The notes below the pieces were generated by a model. That model was not told the DNA's origin. It saw nothing but the letters and a program-made list of their open reading frames with translations, and made no database searches. Shown piece after piece: positions 42,548 to 51,284 of a stretch of DNA of 64,000 nucleotides. The translations under genes were made by a program, and so were the position numbers. Numbering within the stretch: the first letter of the stretch is position 1; the number at the start of each line of letters is the position of its first letter. The stretch is from an uncultured Smithella sp. (GTDB lineage Bacteria > Desulfobacterota > Syntrophia > Syntrophales > Smithellaceae): assembly GCA_964608995.1 (NCBI GenBank), contig CAZSQS010000003.1, forward strand, positions 3,602-67,601, written 5' to 3'.

Positions 42548-43761
42548 GCGACGACAAACTCTACATCGTGTTAATGGGGTTGCCCGCGCGTGGAAAGTCA
42601 ACGCTGGCCGTGCGCCTGCGCGATGCCTTTCGCAAAGACGGCATCGCGACGCGCATCTTCAACAACGGCAATCTCCGCCGGCAACACCTGCCCCCCGACG
42701 AGACGGCCTCAGCCGAATTCTATTCTCCGCAAAATGCCGCGAGCGTGAAGATGCGCATGGCGTTTGCCCAGACGAATATGCAGCGTGCCATGGCGTATCT
42801 GTCCAATTCGGGTCAGGTGGCCATTCTGGATGCCACTAACGCGAGCCGTAGCCGTCGCGAAATGATTGAAAAGGCGCTTTTGGACCACCCGCTGTTGTTT
42901 ATCGAATGCGTCAATGACGATGAAGATATTTTGAAGTGGAGCATTGAGGAAAAAACGAAACTGCCGGAATTTCGCCACATCGACCGGAAAAAGGCGCAGG
43001 CTGAATTTTTAAAGCGCATTGAATACTATAAGATGATTTATGCGCCGCTGAAGGCCGAGCGGAATTTCGTTCGCCTCGATTCCCTCCAGAATAAAATTTT
43101 GCAGGAAAAGCACATGGATGCCATTTCGCTTTACGCGCGCCTGAGGGATTATCTGGTGATGGACGAGGTCAAAAGCCTGTTTTTGATCCGGCATACGCAG
43201 ACGCAATACAACATGGAAGACCGCATCGGCGGCGATTCGGGGTTGACGGACAAAGGAAAACAGCAGGCCGAGGCGCTGGGACAGTTTTTCGCCAGAAAAA
43301 AAATTGCTTACATCTTCACCAGCTGCAAGAGTCGAACCCGTAAAACCGCTGAAGCCATTGCGCAAAAACAGACCAACTGCCGCATCATTGCCTTGAAAGA
43401 ATTCGATGAAATCAACGCGGGTGTCTGCGAAGGCATGACGTATGCCGAAATCGAGCAGCTTATGCCGCAAGTCTTTCGTCAGCGCGAGGCCAATAAATAT
43501 TATTACGCCTATCCGGAAGGCGAAAGTTACGCGACCATGAAGCCCCGGGTCGAGGAAGGCATCAAAAAAACGTTTTTCTTAAACCGCAGCGCGGACAATA
43601 TTCTGATTGTCGGCCACCAGGCCGTCAACCGCCTGATTCTGTCGCACTTTCTGTACCGGCGCGACGTGGACGTGCCGTATATCTACATTCCGCAGGACCG
43701 CTTTTATTCCATCGTCTCCACGCAGAATAAAAAATTGTTTGAACTCAAACGCTATGAGTAA
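42544..43761 (+). CDS. 6-phosphofructo-2-kinase / fructose-2,6-bisphosphatase-like bifunctional protein
   Basis: N-terminal half has GLPARGKS (Walker A), ILDATNASR, FIECVNDD and FLKRIEYYKMIY. C-terminal half has LIRHTQTQYN (phosphohistidine motif) and IVGHQAVNRLIL. ATGA overlap with isf. Confidence 0.7.
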   Translation: MSDDKLYIVLMGLPARGKSTLAVRLRDAFRKDGIATRIFNNGNLRRQHLPPDETASAEFYSPQNAASVKMRMAFAQTNMQRAMAYLSNSGQVAILDATNASRSRREMIEKALLDHPLLFIECVNDDEDILKWSIEEKTKLPEFRHIDRKKAQAEFLKRIEYYKMIYAPLKAERNFVRLDSLQNKILQEKHMDAISLYARLRDYLVMDEVKSLFLIRHTQTQYNMEDRIGGDSGLTDKGKQQAEALGQFFARKKIAYIFTSCKSRTRKTAEAIAQKQTNCRIIALKEFDEINAGVCEGMTYAEIEQLMPQVFRQREANKYYYAYPEGESYATMKPRVEEGIKKTFFLNRSADNILIVGHQAVNRLILSHFLYRRDVDVPYIYIPQDRFYSIVSTQNKKLFELKRYE

Positions 43762-43766
43762 ACGCT

Positions 43767-44927
43767 ATGGCCTCCAATAACCCCGGCATAAAAATCGAAC
43801 TGCCCGTCCTGTCCAATCAAGCTTTGGCGCTTGGCGCCCGGCCTGGGCTGGATCAGCCGTTTGTGACCGGACAGCTTAAGAGCGCAGCCGGCGCTATCCC
43901 GCAGGTGTCTTCAACGCTTTCGCGCGATGACCGTTGGGGGACGCTCAGGGCCAGATGGGGAGGATGGCGGATGCATTATGCCGTGGACCCGGGGCTTTAT
44001 GCGCTCGGAGCGCCGGACGGACAATCCGTCATTTTAGTCAGCGCGAACTATAAAATGAGTTTTGACCTTCTACGCGCGGCTCTGCCCGGCCGCAACGCCT
44101 GGATACTGGTGCTCGATACGAAGGGCATCAATGTCTGGTGCGCGGCGGGCAAGGGAACTTTCGGCACAAAGGAGCTGATCGGCCGCATTGAAGTCAGTGG
44201 ATTAAGAAAAGTTTCGCCACAAGGGAAGCTGATTGTGCCGCAGCTGGGCGCGCCGGGCGTTGCCGCACACGAGGTCAAAAGACAGACAGGTTATCGGGTT
44301 TTTTATGGGCCGGTGCGCGCCGCGGATTTGCCTGCCTATCTGGATGCCGGTTTGCAGGCGACGCCCGCCATGCGCGAGGTGCGCTTCGACTGGAAAGACC
44401 GCGGCGTTTTGATCCCGATGGAATTAACCGGTGCGCTTAAACCCTTCGCGCTCATCGGGGCAATATTTTTTGTTGTAGCCACCCTGGCCGGGTTTGCAGC
44501 CGGTTGGGCCGCAGGCCCTGGCGGCCTTTGGGCATCGGCCGTGATGGACGGCCTGTTTGCCGTCTGTGCGCTTGCTGCCGCTTTATTGGCGGGCGCTGTA
44601 CTGCATCCCCTGCTTCTGCCGTTTTTTCCGGTGCGCGCCTTTTCCCTGCAGGGCGCCATGGCAGGGGGGATGGTTGCCGCCGGATGTCTATGGGCGCGGG
44701 GTGTGTCGCTCGATACCTTGCCGGGGCTTTTGGAAGCGGCTGCCTGGCTTTTGATCATTGCGGCCATCGCCTCGTATCTGGCGCTGAACTTCACCGGCTC
44801 TTCCACCTATACGTCGCTGTCCGGTGTAAAAAAAGAAATGCGCTTTGCGCTTCCCGCGCAAATCGCAGCAGGGATCACCGGGTGCGTTTTATGGCTGGGC
44901 GCGCATCTGGCCCGCCTTTGGAGTTGA
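43767..44927 (+). CDS. hgcA: mercury methylation corrinoid protein HgcA
   Basis: Cap-helix signature GINVWCAAGKGTFGT, preceded by VLVSANYKMSFD...WILVLDTKG. The C-terminal third is polytopic and hydrophobic. Confidence 0.85.
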   Translation: MASNNPGIKIELPVLSNQALALGARPGLDQPFVTGQLKSAAGAIPQVSSTLSRDDRWGTLRARWGGWRMHYAVDPGLYALGAPDGQSVILVSANYKMSFDLLRAALPGRNAWILVLDTKGINVWCAAGKGTFGTKELIGRIEVSGLRKVSPQGKLIVPQLGAPGVAAHEVKRQTGYRVFYGPVRAADLPAYLDAGLQATPAMREVRFDWKDRGVLIPMELTGALKPFALIGAIFFVVATLAGFAAGWAAGPGGLWASAVMDGLFAVCALAAALLAGAVLHPLLLPFFPVRAFSLQGAMAGGMVAAGCLWARGVSLDTLPGLLEAAAWLLIIAAIASYLALNFTGSSTYTSLSGVKKEMRFALPAQIAAGITGCVLWLGAHLARLWS

Positions 44928-44929
44928 GC

Positions 44930-45244
44930 ATGAAAAAAATGATGTATCTTAAAAACGTAGCGACCCTTTCTCTGGATGCCAGCAAGTGTACGGGGTGCGG
45001 CATGTGCCTCACGGTTTGCCCGCATGACGTTTTCGAAATGCAAGGAAAAACCGTGGCCATTGCCGATCGTGACGCCTGCATGGAATGCGGCGCATGCGCA
45101 AAAAATTGTCCTGTGTCGGCGCTTTCGGTTTCAGTGGGCGTTGGGTGCGCCGCAGCCGTCATCAATGTGCTTCACGGCCGAACGGATGAGTGCTGTTGCG
45201 GTCCCGACGCTGACGGAAAGCCTGGCGGGGGATGCTGTTGTTAG
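44930..45244 (+). CDS. hgcB: mercury methylation ferredoxin HgcB
   Basis: 104 aa with CTGCGMCLTVCP, CMECGACAKNCP (the HgcB CM/IECGAC signature) and a Cys-rich tail ECCC...GGGCCC. ATG lies 2 nt after the hgcA stop. Confidence 0.85.
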   Translation: MKKMMYLKNVATLSLDASKCTGCGMCLTVCPHDVFEMQGKTVAIADRDACMECGACAKNCPVSALSVSVGVGCAAAVINVLHGRTDECCCGPDADGKPGGGCCC

Positions 45245-45396
45245 TGTAGTGCGTCAGAAATATCTTTTTAGTCATTCCAGGCTTGACCCGGAATCCAGAA
45301 ATCTTCGCAAAACAGTGGATTCCCGCCTTCGCGGGAATGACAAAACAGGGCATCCTACCTTTTATTATGTAAAGAAGTGTTAGACGCACTACACTA
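45242..45396. mobile_element. 155-bp MITE-like element bounded by 14-bp perfect inverted repeats and carrying REP2-type hairpins
   Basis: TAGTGTAGTGCGTC (45242-45255) is the exact reverse complement of GACGCACTACACTA (45383-45396). Inside are GTCATTCCAGGCTTGACCCGGAATCCAG (45271-45298) and TGGATTCCCGCCTTCGCGGGAATGAC (45317-45341). No ORF. Confidence 0.4.
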
Positions 45397-45480
45397 GGCA
45401 GGCCGTCCGCCAAAACGATTGCATTCATGTCTGAAATATGATCAATTAAGGCAAAATTATATCGGGAGGCTTAAGAAAAT

Positions 45481-45960
45481 ATGCAGATATTTGCAGCAAG
45501 TGACATCGTCGAAGTTGCTGTCCGTATTGAAGAAAACGGAATCAGCTTTTATAAATTCGCCCAAACGCTCTCTTCCGACGAAGACGCCAAAAAACTCTTT
45601 GGCCAGCTGGCCGACGCGGAAGCCGCCCACAAGCGCACGTTTCAAAATCTTCTTTCGGCCATGGAAAAATATGAGCCGCCGGAGCAGTATGCGGGTGAAT
45701 ACAGCGCCTATCTGCGCAATTATGTCGATAACAACCTGATTTTCACCAAAGACGTAATGGACAAGATGCTCGCGGGGGTCAAGGATGTTCCAGGCGCCCT
45801 GGCATTTGCCATGCAGCGGGAGCTCGATTCCATCCTGTATTATCACGAGGTGAAAAACCTGGTGCCCGCCGCCCAGCACGACGCGATTGAAAAGATCATT
45901 GGCGAAGAAAGAAAACACTACGCGATGCTCCTTTCCGTGAAGAAGCGCTACGCCAAATGA
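45481..45960 (+). CDS. ferritin-like / rubrerythrin-family protein
   Basis: 159 aa with a four-helix diiron-like pattern (AVRIEENGISFY, LADAEAAHKRTF, AMQRELDSILYY, IGEERKHYAML). Confidence 0.6.
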   Translation: MQIFAASDIVEVAVRIEENGISFYKFAQTLSSDEDAKKLFGQLADAEAAHKRTFQNLLSAMEKYEPPEQYAGEYSAYLRNYVDNNLIFTKDVMDKMLAGVKDVPGALAFAMQRELDSILYYHEVKNLVPAAQHDAIEKIIGEERKHYAMLLSVKKRYAK

Positions 45961-45989
45961 TCTCGCCGTGAGATTTTTAAAGACGAAAA

Positions 45990-46019
45990 AGCCGCCCCGT
46001 ACCTGGGCGGCTTTTTTTT
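45990..46019. terminator. bidirectional rho-independent terminator (AGCCGCCC-loop-GGGCGGCT plus T8)
   Basis: Between the convergent ferritin-like (+) and GalT-like (-) genes. A-tract upstream, T-tract downstream. Confidence 0.65.
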
Positions 46020-46028
46020 CGGGGGCAT

Positions 46029-47066
46029 CTACGCCCCGGTAAAATACGCCTGCAATTCTTTGCACAACGCTTCGGGAACGACCGGACAGATGATTTCATC
46101 ATGCAGCTTTTCAAAATAGTTGAGATCGCTGGTGCCCAGCGGGTTGAGCTCGAAGCGGGGCACGATCTTCCCCTGCACCCATAACTGTTTCGAAGGCGAC
46201 ATGGCGGCATAGAGGGACAAATTGAAGCTCATATAGTGATTGACGTGCAGATAAAGGAAGATCCGGGATAGTCCCAAAAGCAGTTCGTCAAAATTCGCCT
46301 GGGTCAGATCAAAAAATGATGTTTTTTCCTTGAAATAAAAATCAATTTCTCCGGCCATGCCCTTGGGAGAAAACGCCGCAATCCAGGTGAGTGCGCCCGT
46401 ACAGGCGATGACGCGCTCGCCGGCCTGCTGTTCTTTGGCCAGCAGGTCTTTCCACAGATGGCCGCCGGTGGCGGTCGCGTAATTTTGCGCGCTAGCGATC
46501 AGTCGCCGCATGAAATTGGTGGGCTGGCGCCCGACAATGGTCTGCAAGTGCGGATGAATGAGTCCCCCGCCCGAAGGCGGCATGTAGTTCCAGTTAATGG
46601 AACAGTAGTTATACCCTTGCTGCATTTCGGCAATGCGGAATAAATAGTCGCGGCAGACGGCAAAGCCGTCGCGCATCGCATCGGCCGTCAATTCGTCAAG
46701 CGCCAGAAAATGTCGCGATGATAAGATAGCCACCGTGTTTGTGGCGTCGTAGGGGAAGGCATTGGGGAAAAGACGGGCTTCTCCATGGCGAAACTGGCCT
46801 TCCGCGAGAATGTCGCGGGTAAACCGGGGCGTCAGTTTTTCGATAAGGTCGGGGCAGAACGGGCACAGGGAGGAAGGCGATTTTTCAAGATAGGCGTTAA
46901 TATCCGGCTTTTGCGCGGGGCGCACCCGGTAGGGAAGAATCCGGCTGGCCACGCCGGTGGTTTCATCGTAGCGCTCTTCGATGATAATTTCCTTTTCTTC
47001 GTAAGTCTTGAAGGGATTCAGATAACGCCCGATGGTGATTTCCTTGAAATATCCAATATCCTTCAT
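46029..47066 (-). CDS. GalT-family (HIT superfamily) nucleotidyltransferase, galactose-1-phosphate uridylyltransferase-like
   Basis: CPFCPD zinc motif and GGGLIHPHLQTIVG (HxHxQ). ATG 47066 with an AGGAGA RBS avoids overlap with the upstream gene. Confidence 0.7.
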   Translation of the reverse strand: MKDIGYFKEITIGRYLNPFKTYEEKEIIIEERYDETTGVASRILPYRVRPAQKPDINAYLEKSPSSLCPFCPDLIEKLTPRFTRDILAEGQFRHGEARLFPNAFPYDATNTVAILSSRHFLALDELTADAMRDGFAVCRDYLFRIAEMQQGYNYCSINWNYMPPSGGGLIHPHLQTIVGRQPTNFMRRLIASAQNYATATGGHLWKDLLAKEQQAGERVIACTGALTWIAAFSPKGMAGEIDFYFKEKTSFFDLTQANFDELLLGLSRIFLYLHVNHYMSFNLSLYAAMSPSKQLWVQGKIVPRFELNPLGTSDLNYFEKLHDEIICPVVPEALCKELQAYFTGA

Positions 47067-47079
47067 GCCTTCTCCTGTA

Positions 47080-48135
47080 TTATGTTTTGACGGTTGGCTC
47101 CGCCGTGAGGGGCTTTTGCTCATGTCGAAGACATTCGGTGAGAAATCTTTCTATGCTCTCCTGGGATAAATCGCCCTTGAGGTTCTCTTTGAGCACGTCC
47201 AGCGCAATCTCAATGCGGGCGGCGCTGCGATGTCCTCCCCCTTTGCCCAGAAGTCCGCAGGCCTTTTGCGCCACGGCGCCGCAGTCCTGACGGTAACCAT
47301 CGCCGCGGAAGATGACCACGAACCGGTCGCGGACGATGCCCGCCACGACGACGTAGTAGGTGCCAATCAGCCTCAGAAAAAAATCCGCCACCTGCACGCA
47401 CACATCCGGGCTTTCCACGTTGCCGAGAAATCCGACGCGCCTGCCGCGGTAATATTTCATCTGCCGGAAGGCCAGGTCAAAATATTTAAGGTAGCTGGAG
47501 GGCGTCTGGTCCAGTTCGATGCGGCGGATGAGCTGCATGTTGGCGCGGCGCGAATGATAGGTGTAGGCGCTGATGTCTTCGGAAATCGTGTCGCGGTCGA
47601 AATTATCCGTATCCGTCTTGATGCCGTAAAGCAAGGCGGTGTGGAGATTGCGGGGAATGCGCACGCGCGCGGCGAGCAGATATTCCGTCATCACCGTGGA
47701 GAGCGACCCGTACCGAGGACGGATGTCCACCAGTTTCGCCTGCCATTCGCCGTTTCGGGAATGATGATCGAAAACGATATCCGGTTTGACGGATAAAGCG
47801 CTTTCGCCGAAAAAGGACGGCTGGGCGTCCACGAGCGCGACCAGCCGGTGTGCGCCCGGATCCACCGCATCGAGATGCCGGATGGACAGGCGCATGGCCT
47901 GGGCCAGTTCCCGGTTTTGCTGCCTGCGGAAAGGCTCCGTGGCGGCCAGCGTGCAAAGCGCGAGGCCTTTGCGGCGCGTCAGAAGCTCGCGCAAGGCCAT
48001 CGCCGAGGCGATGGCATCCGGATCGGGGCTTCCATACATCACCACCAGAAGCGTATCGAGCGGCTGAGCCATTTCCAGAAGCTTTCGCAAATTGGCATGC
48101 GTCTCGTTTTTGATGGTCAGGGAGTCGGGCTTCAT
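47080..48135 (-). CDS. DHH/DHHA1 phosphoesterase (NrnA-like)
   Basis: GSPDPDAIASAMAL, VDAQP, FDHHS (DHH) and GKGGGHRSAA (GGGH). Confidence 0.8.
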   Translation of the reverse strand: MKPDSLTIKNETHANLRKLLEMAQPLDTLLVVMYGSPDPDAIASAMALRELLTRRKGLALCTLAATEPFRRQQNRELAQAMRLSIRHLDAVDPGAHRLVALVDAQPSFFGESALSVKPDIVFDHHSRNGEWQAKLVDIRPRYGSLSTVMTEYLLAARVRIPRNLHTALLYGIKTDTDNFDRDTISEDISAYTYHSRRANMQLIRRIELDQTPSSYLKYFDLAFRQMKYYRGRRVGFLGNVESPDVCVQVADFFLRLIGTYYVVVAGIVRDRFVVIFRGDGYRQDCGAVAQKACGLLGKGGGHRSAARIEIALDVLKENLKGDLSQESIERFLTECLRHEQKPLTAEPTVKT

Positions 48136-48147
48136 CGGAGTCGTCCG

Positions 48148-48979
48148 CTATCGTTTGGTGTAGGTTGCATCAATCAGCGCCCCGTATTTAAAAATGACTC
48201 TCTGTCCATTATCGGCGACACGGCCCTCCATGTCGAGTGTTCCGCGTTCCGTGAAGGCTTTGCAATTTTTCAGGCCGTTTTGATGAATTTCTCCCTGAAT
48301 TACCGTGTTTCCGAACTCGGTGGAGATAATTTCAAATACACGTCCCTCCTGCCTGATCTTAACGGGTCCCATATGGGGACGGTTGTTGCTCCAGATGCCG
48401 CGAAAGGCGACATAGGCCTCGTAATTTCCGTTTAAGTCCCAGATGATCTCGCCTCCGGGGAGTGTCATCTTTCCGGGAATTTGGGGCGCGGGCGCGGCCG
48501 GCGTCGCCGACGGCATAATCTTTTTTGTAAAGCTCTGCGCCTTTCATCGTCACCAGGGCGTTAAAACGGATTTCTTCGTCCGTGACGGACTGGAGTGTCA
48601 TGTAAACCTCCGCGTCGTAGAGCGGTCCGTCTTCCACAACCACGACGCCCGCCTGTTCAAACCCCTTTTTCAGCGTGTACCATAAAAAGGAGACTACCGG
48701 CTGGGCCATGGAATTTTGCGGTGAGGTGTAATAAAGGCGGTAGCCCACGGTTTTTTCGGGATTGAAATAGTTCAGATTCGTCGTGTTGGATGATTGATCA
48801 GTGATGGTTCCCAAAAGGATGCGCTTGCCCTTGAGGCAAGCAAACTCCGCCGGCTGAATCTGCGAGAAATAAACCTCGCGATTGAGTGTGACGGTGGTCG
48901 AGGTCAGCGGGCCGCAGCCGTAAAGTGTGGCCGCCAAAAATACAGCGAGAAAAAAAATCCGAAACGATAAATTTTTCAT
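48148..48979 (-). pseudogene. lipoprotein gene split into two overlapping frames at an A6 tract (frameshift, sequencing error or slippage)
   Basis: ORF 48359-48979 starts with the lipobox LAATLYGC. After ...AELYKKDY it turns into an Arg-rich nonsense-like tail. The +1 frame (ATG 48516) continues as MPSATPAAPAPQ...GEIIWDLNG. The T6/A6 run at 48521-48526 sits at the junction. Confidence 0.45.
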
Positions 48980-49281
48980 AACTCCTCCTTTATTATGGAT
49001 GGTTTATGGGGAAATTCCTTCTGCGAGGCCAGATATAGGGGCATTGAATGAATATGTCAAGAAAATTTAGATACTTGCAATAGTGGGTCGGCCACGCGCT
49101 CCGCAACCGGAATTTTCGTTTAAAAGGCGAATCGCGAAAGGATCGACAGCATTGGCGAGCCTGTAGATGAGATCCGTTTATTGATTTGGCTCCAACAGCC
49201 GATAAGTCTTTCAGACCAAGCGGCGCTTGTTTTAGGAACTTAAACGAAAAATCATTTTTAAAATGGTTCGGGAGGAGCAGC

Positions 49282-50133
49282 ATGGACAATGCAACAGCCT
49301 GGAAAATACTAGAAAGTATTACCGATCTGCCGACGCTTCCCAGCGTCTATTTTAAAGTCAATCAATTGCTCCAGGACAAACAGGCCGGTATCGAAAACGT
49401 GGCGCACGTCATCGAAATGGACCCGGGGATGTCCGCCAGTATCCTGCGTCTGGTCAATTCCGCCTTTTACGGTTTGCCCGCCAAAAGCCAGTCCATTTCC
49501 CAGGCGGTGATGATCCTGGGGTTCAACGCCGTCAAAAACGCCGTGGTTTCCGTGGCCGTGCTCGATGCGCTGTCTGTGAAGGAGAAGCTTCCGAACTTCA
49601 GCATGACGGATTTCTGGCGTCATTCCGCAGCGGTGGCGGTGATCGGCCGGCATCTGGCAAAGATTAGCCGCCTCGTGCCGCCGGAGGATGCGTTTATGGC
49701 GGGGCTGCTGCACGATATGGGCAAAATTATTCTGATCCGCTATTTTAATGAGGATTTCCGCAAAATCTGGCAAGTCATGCAGGAGACGCATTGCAGTTTC
49801 TATGAGGCGGAACAGGAGGTGGCCACGATGGATCATGTCCAGATCGGCGCGTATCTGGCCCGCAAATGGCAGCTCCCCGAGCCCATCATCGCCGCGATTG
49901 CCGGTCATCACTACTGCCTGTCCTCGGAAAAATCCAGCGGATTAGTGGAATGCGTCATGATTGCCAACGCCCTGGCCAATAATAACTATCAAATTTCACC
50001 CGCTGACTACGTCTTTGAAACCCACATAGAAAAAGCATTGGGGCCGCTTCTGGCCGATACCCAAAGCTGGCTGCCGCAGGCGCTGGACGAACTTGAAACG
50101 GCCTATGAATTTTTTGTGCCGTCAAAAAAATAG
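49282..50133 (+). CDS. HDOD-domain signalling protein
   Basis: LPTLPSVYFKVNQLL...VIEMDPGMSASILRLVNSAFYGL...AVMILGF...GLLHDMGK. GGAGGAG RBS before ATG 49282. Confidence 0.8.
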   Translation: MDNATAWKILESITDLPTLPSVYFKVNQLLQDKQAGIENVAHVIEMDPGMSASILRLVNSAFYGLPAKSQSISQAVMILGFNAVKNAVVSVAVLDALSVKEKLPNFSMTDFWRHSAAVAVIGRHLAKISRLVPPEDAFMAGLLHDMGKIILIRYFNEDFRKIWQVMQETHCSFYEAEQEVATMDHVQIGAYLARKWQLPEPIIAAIAGHHYCLSSEKSSGLVECVMIANALANNNYQISPADYVFETHIEKALGPLLADTQSWLPQALDELETAYEFFVPSKK

Positions 50134-50139
50134 ATCCGC

Positions 50140-51234
50140 CTACAGCATCGCCGCCACGCGCCTGGCAATGGCGGGCGAGGCAGTGAGCCCCGGGGATTCG
50201 ATGCCGACCAGATTGATGAATCCCGGCGCATCCTCGCTCAGAACAAAATCACAAACGGGATCGTGGGGCCCCTGGAGTTTCGGACGAATGCCCGCCATGT
50301 CGGGGCAGAGCTGATCTTTCTTCAAAAACGGCAGATACCTTGAAGCGGCCGCATAAAAGCCCGCCGCTTTTTCCGGCGCGACGCGATAGTCCTCTTCCCG
50401 CGCGATGTAAGTTGCGTCCGGCCCCAGCCGCAGGCGGCCGTTTAAATCCAGAGTCAAATGCACGCCCAGGCCGACGGTATGTTTCAGCGGCGCAGGATAA
50501 ATCAGCCGCTTCACGCTTCCCGCCTTTACGCCCGTGAGACTGAAGTAATCGCCCTTGCAGTAATGCAGGCGGTAGCCCGCATTGGCGGGCATATTGGCGA
50601 TAGTGTCGGAAGAGAGTCCCGCGCAGTTGATCACCCGGGCGCTTAAAAAATCAAACGTTTCGTTTCGATCATTGCGCGTCGAAATTCGCCAGCCTTGTCC
50701 TTGGCGCGAAATGCCGGTGACGGCCGTGCGGCAAACAAGCGTTGCTTTTCCCTCCAGCGCGCGCATCAGGAAATAATGCATCAGCGCATGCGCGCTGAGA
50801 ATGCCGGTTTCGGGGGAGTAAAGCGCGGCCAGCGCGTCAATATCCGGCTCCAGCTTAGCGACTTGTGCGCGCGTAAGCATCTCCAGACGAGGCGCGCCGT
50901 TTGAACGTCCGAGGGCCATAAGCCTTTCGAGCTCGCCGATCTCCTCGGCCCGGGTGGCCACAATGAGCTTGCCGGTTTTGCGGTGCGGCAGGCCCTGCCG
51001 GGCCACCAGCTCATAGAGCCGTCGGTTGCCTTCAACGCACAGCGAGGCCTTGAGCGACCCTTCCGGATAGTAGATGCCCGCGTGAATGACTTCGCTGTTT
51101 CGCGAGCTGATGCCTTCGCCGTGACGCGCGTTTTTCTCCAGCACGAAGATTCGCCTCTCCGGACGGGCGATTTCCGAAGCGATGGCGAGTCCAATGACGC
51201 CTGCGCCGATGATCGTGATGTCTGCGTTTTCCAT
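50140..51234 (-). CDS. FAD-dependent oxidoreductase (DAO family, L-2-hydroxyglutarate oxidase-like)
   Basis: MENADITIIGAGVIGLAIA (GxGxxG)...SSRNSEVIHAGIYY...GIESPGLTASPAIA. ATG 51234 verified on the sequence. Confidence 0.8.
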   Translation of the reverse strand: MENADITIIGAGVIGLAIASEIARPERRIFVLEKNARHGEGISSRNSEVIHAGIYYPEGSLKASLCVEGNRRLYELVARQGLPHRKTGKLIVATRAEEIGELERLMALGRSNGAPRLEMLTRAQVAKLEPDIDALAALYSPETGILSAHALMHYFLMRALEGKATLVCRTAVTGISRQGQGWRISTRNDRNETFDFLSARVINCAGLSSDTIANMPANAGYRLHYCKGDYFSLTGVKAGSVKRLIYPAPLKHTVGLGVHLTLDLNGRLRLGPDATYIAREEDYRVAPEKAAGFYAAASRYLPFLKKDQLCPDMAGIRPKLQGPHDPVCDFVLSEDAPGFINLVGIESPGLTASPAIARRVAAML

Positions 51235-51284
51235 TTTATGATTTAATTCCCGTAAAAGTAGGTTTCCGACCCCAAAGGGCAAAG

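Noticed and set aside
44504-44929. Long ORF 44504-45244 suggesting a 246-aa HgcB.
   Set aside because: The first 142 codons are an alternate frame of the hgcA membrane domain. HgcB-like sequence begins at ATG 44930, right after the hgcA stop.
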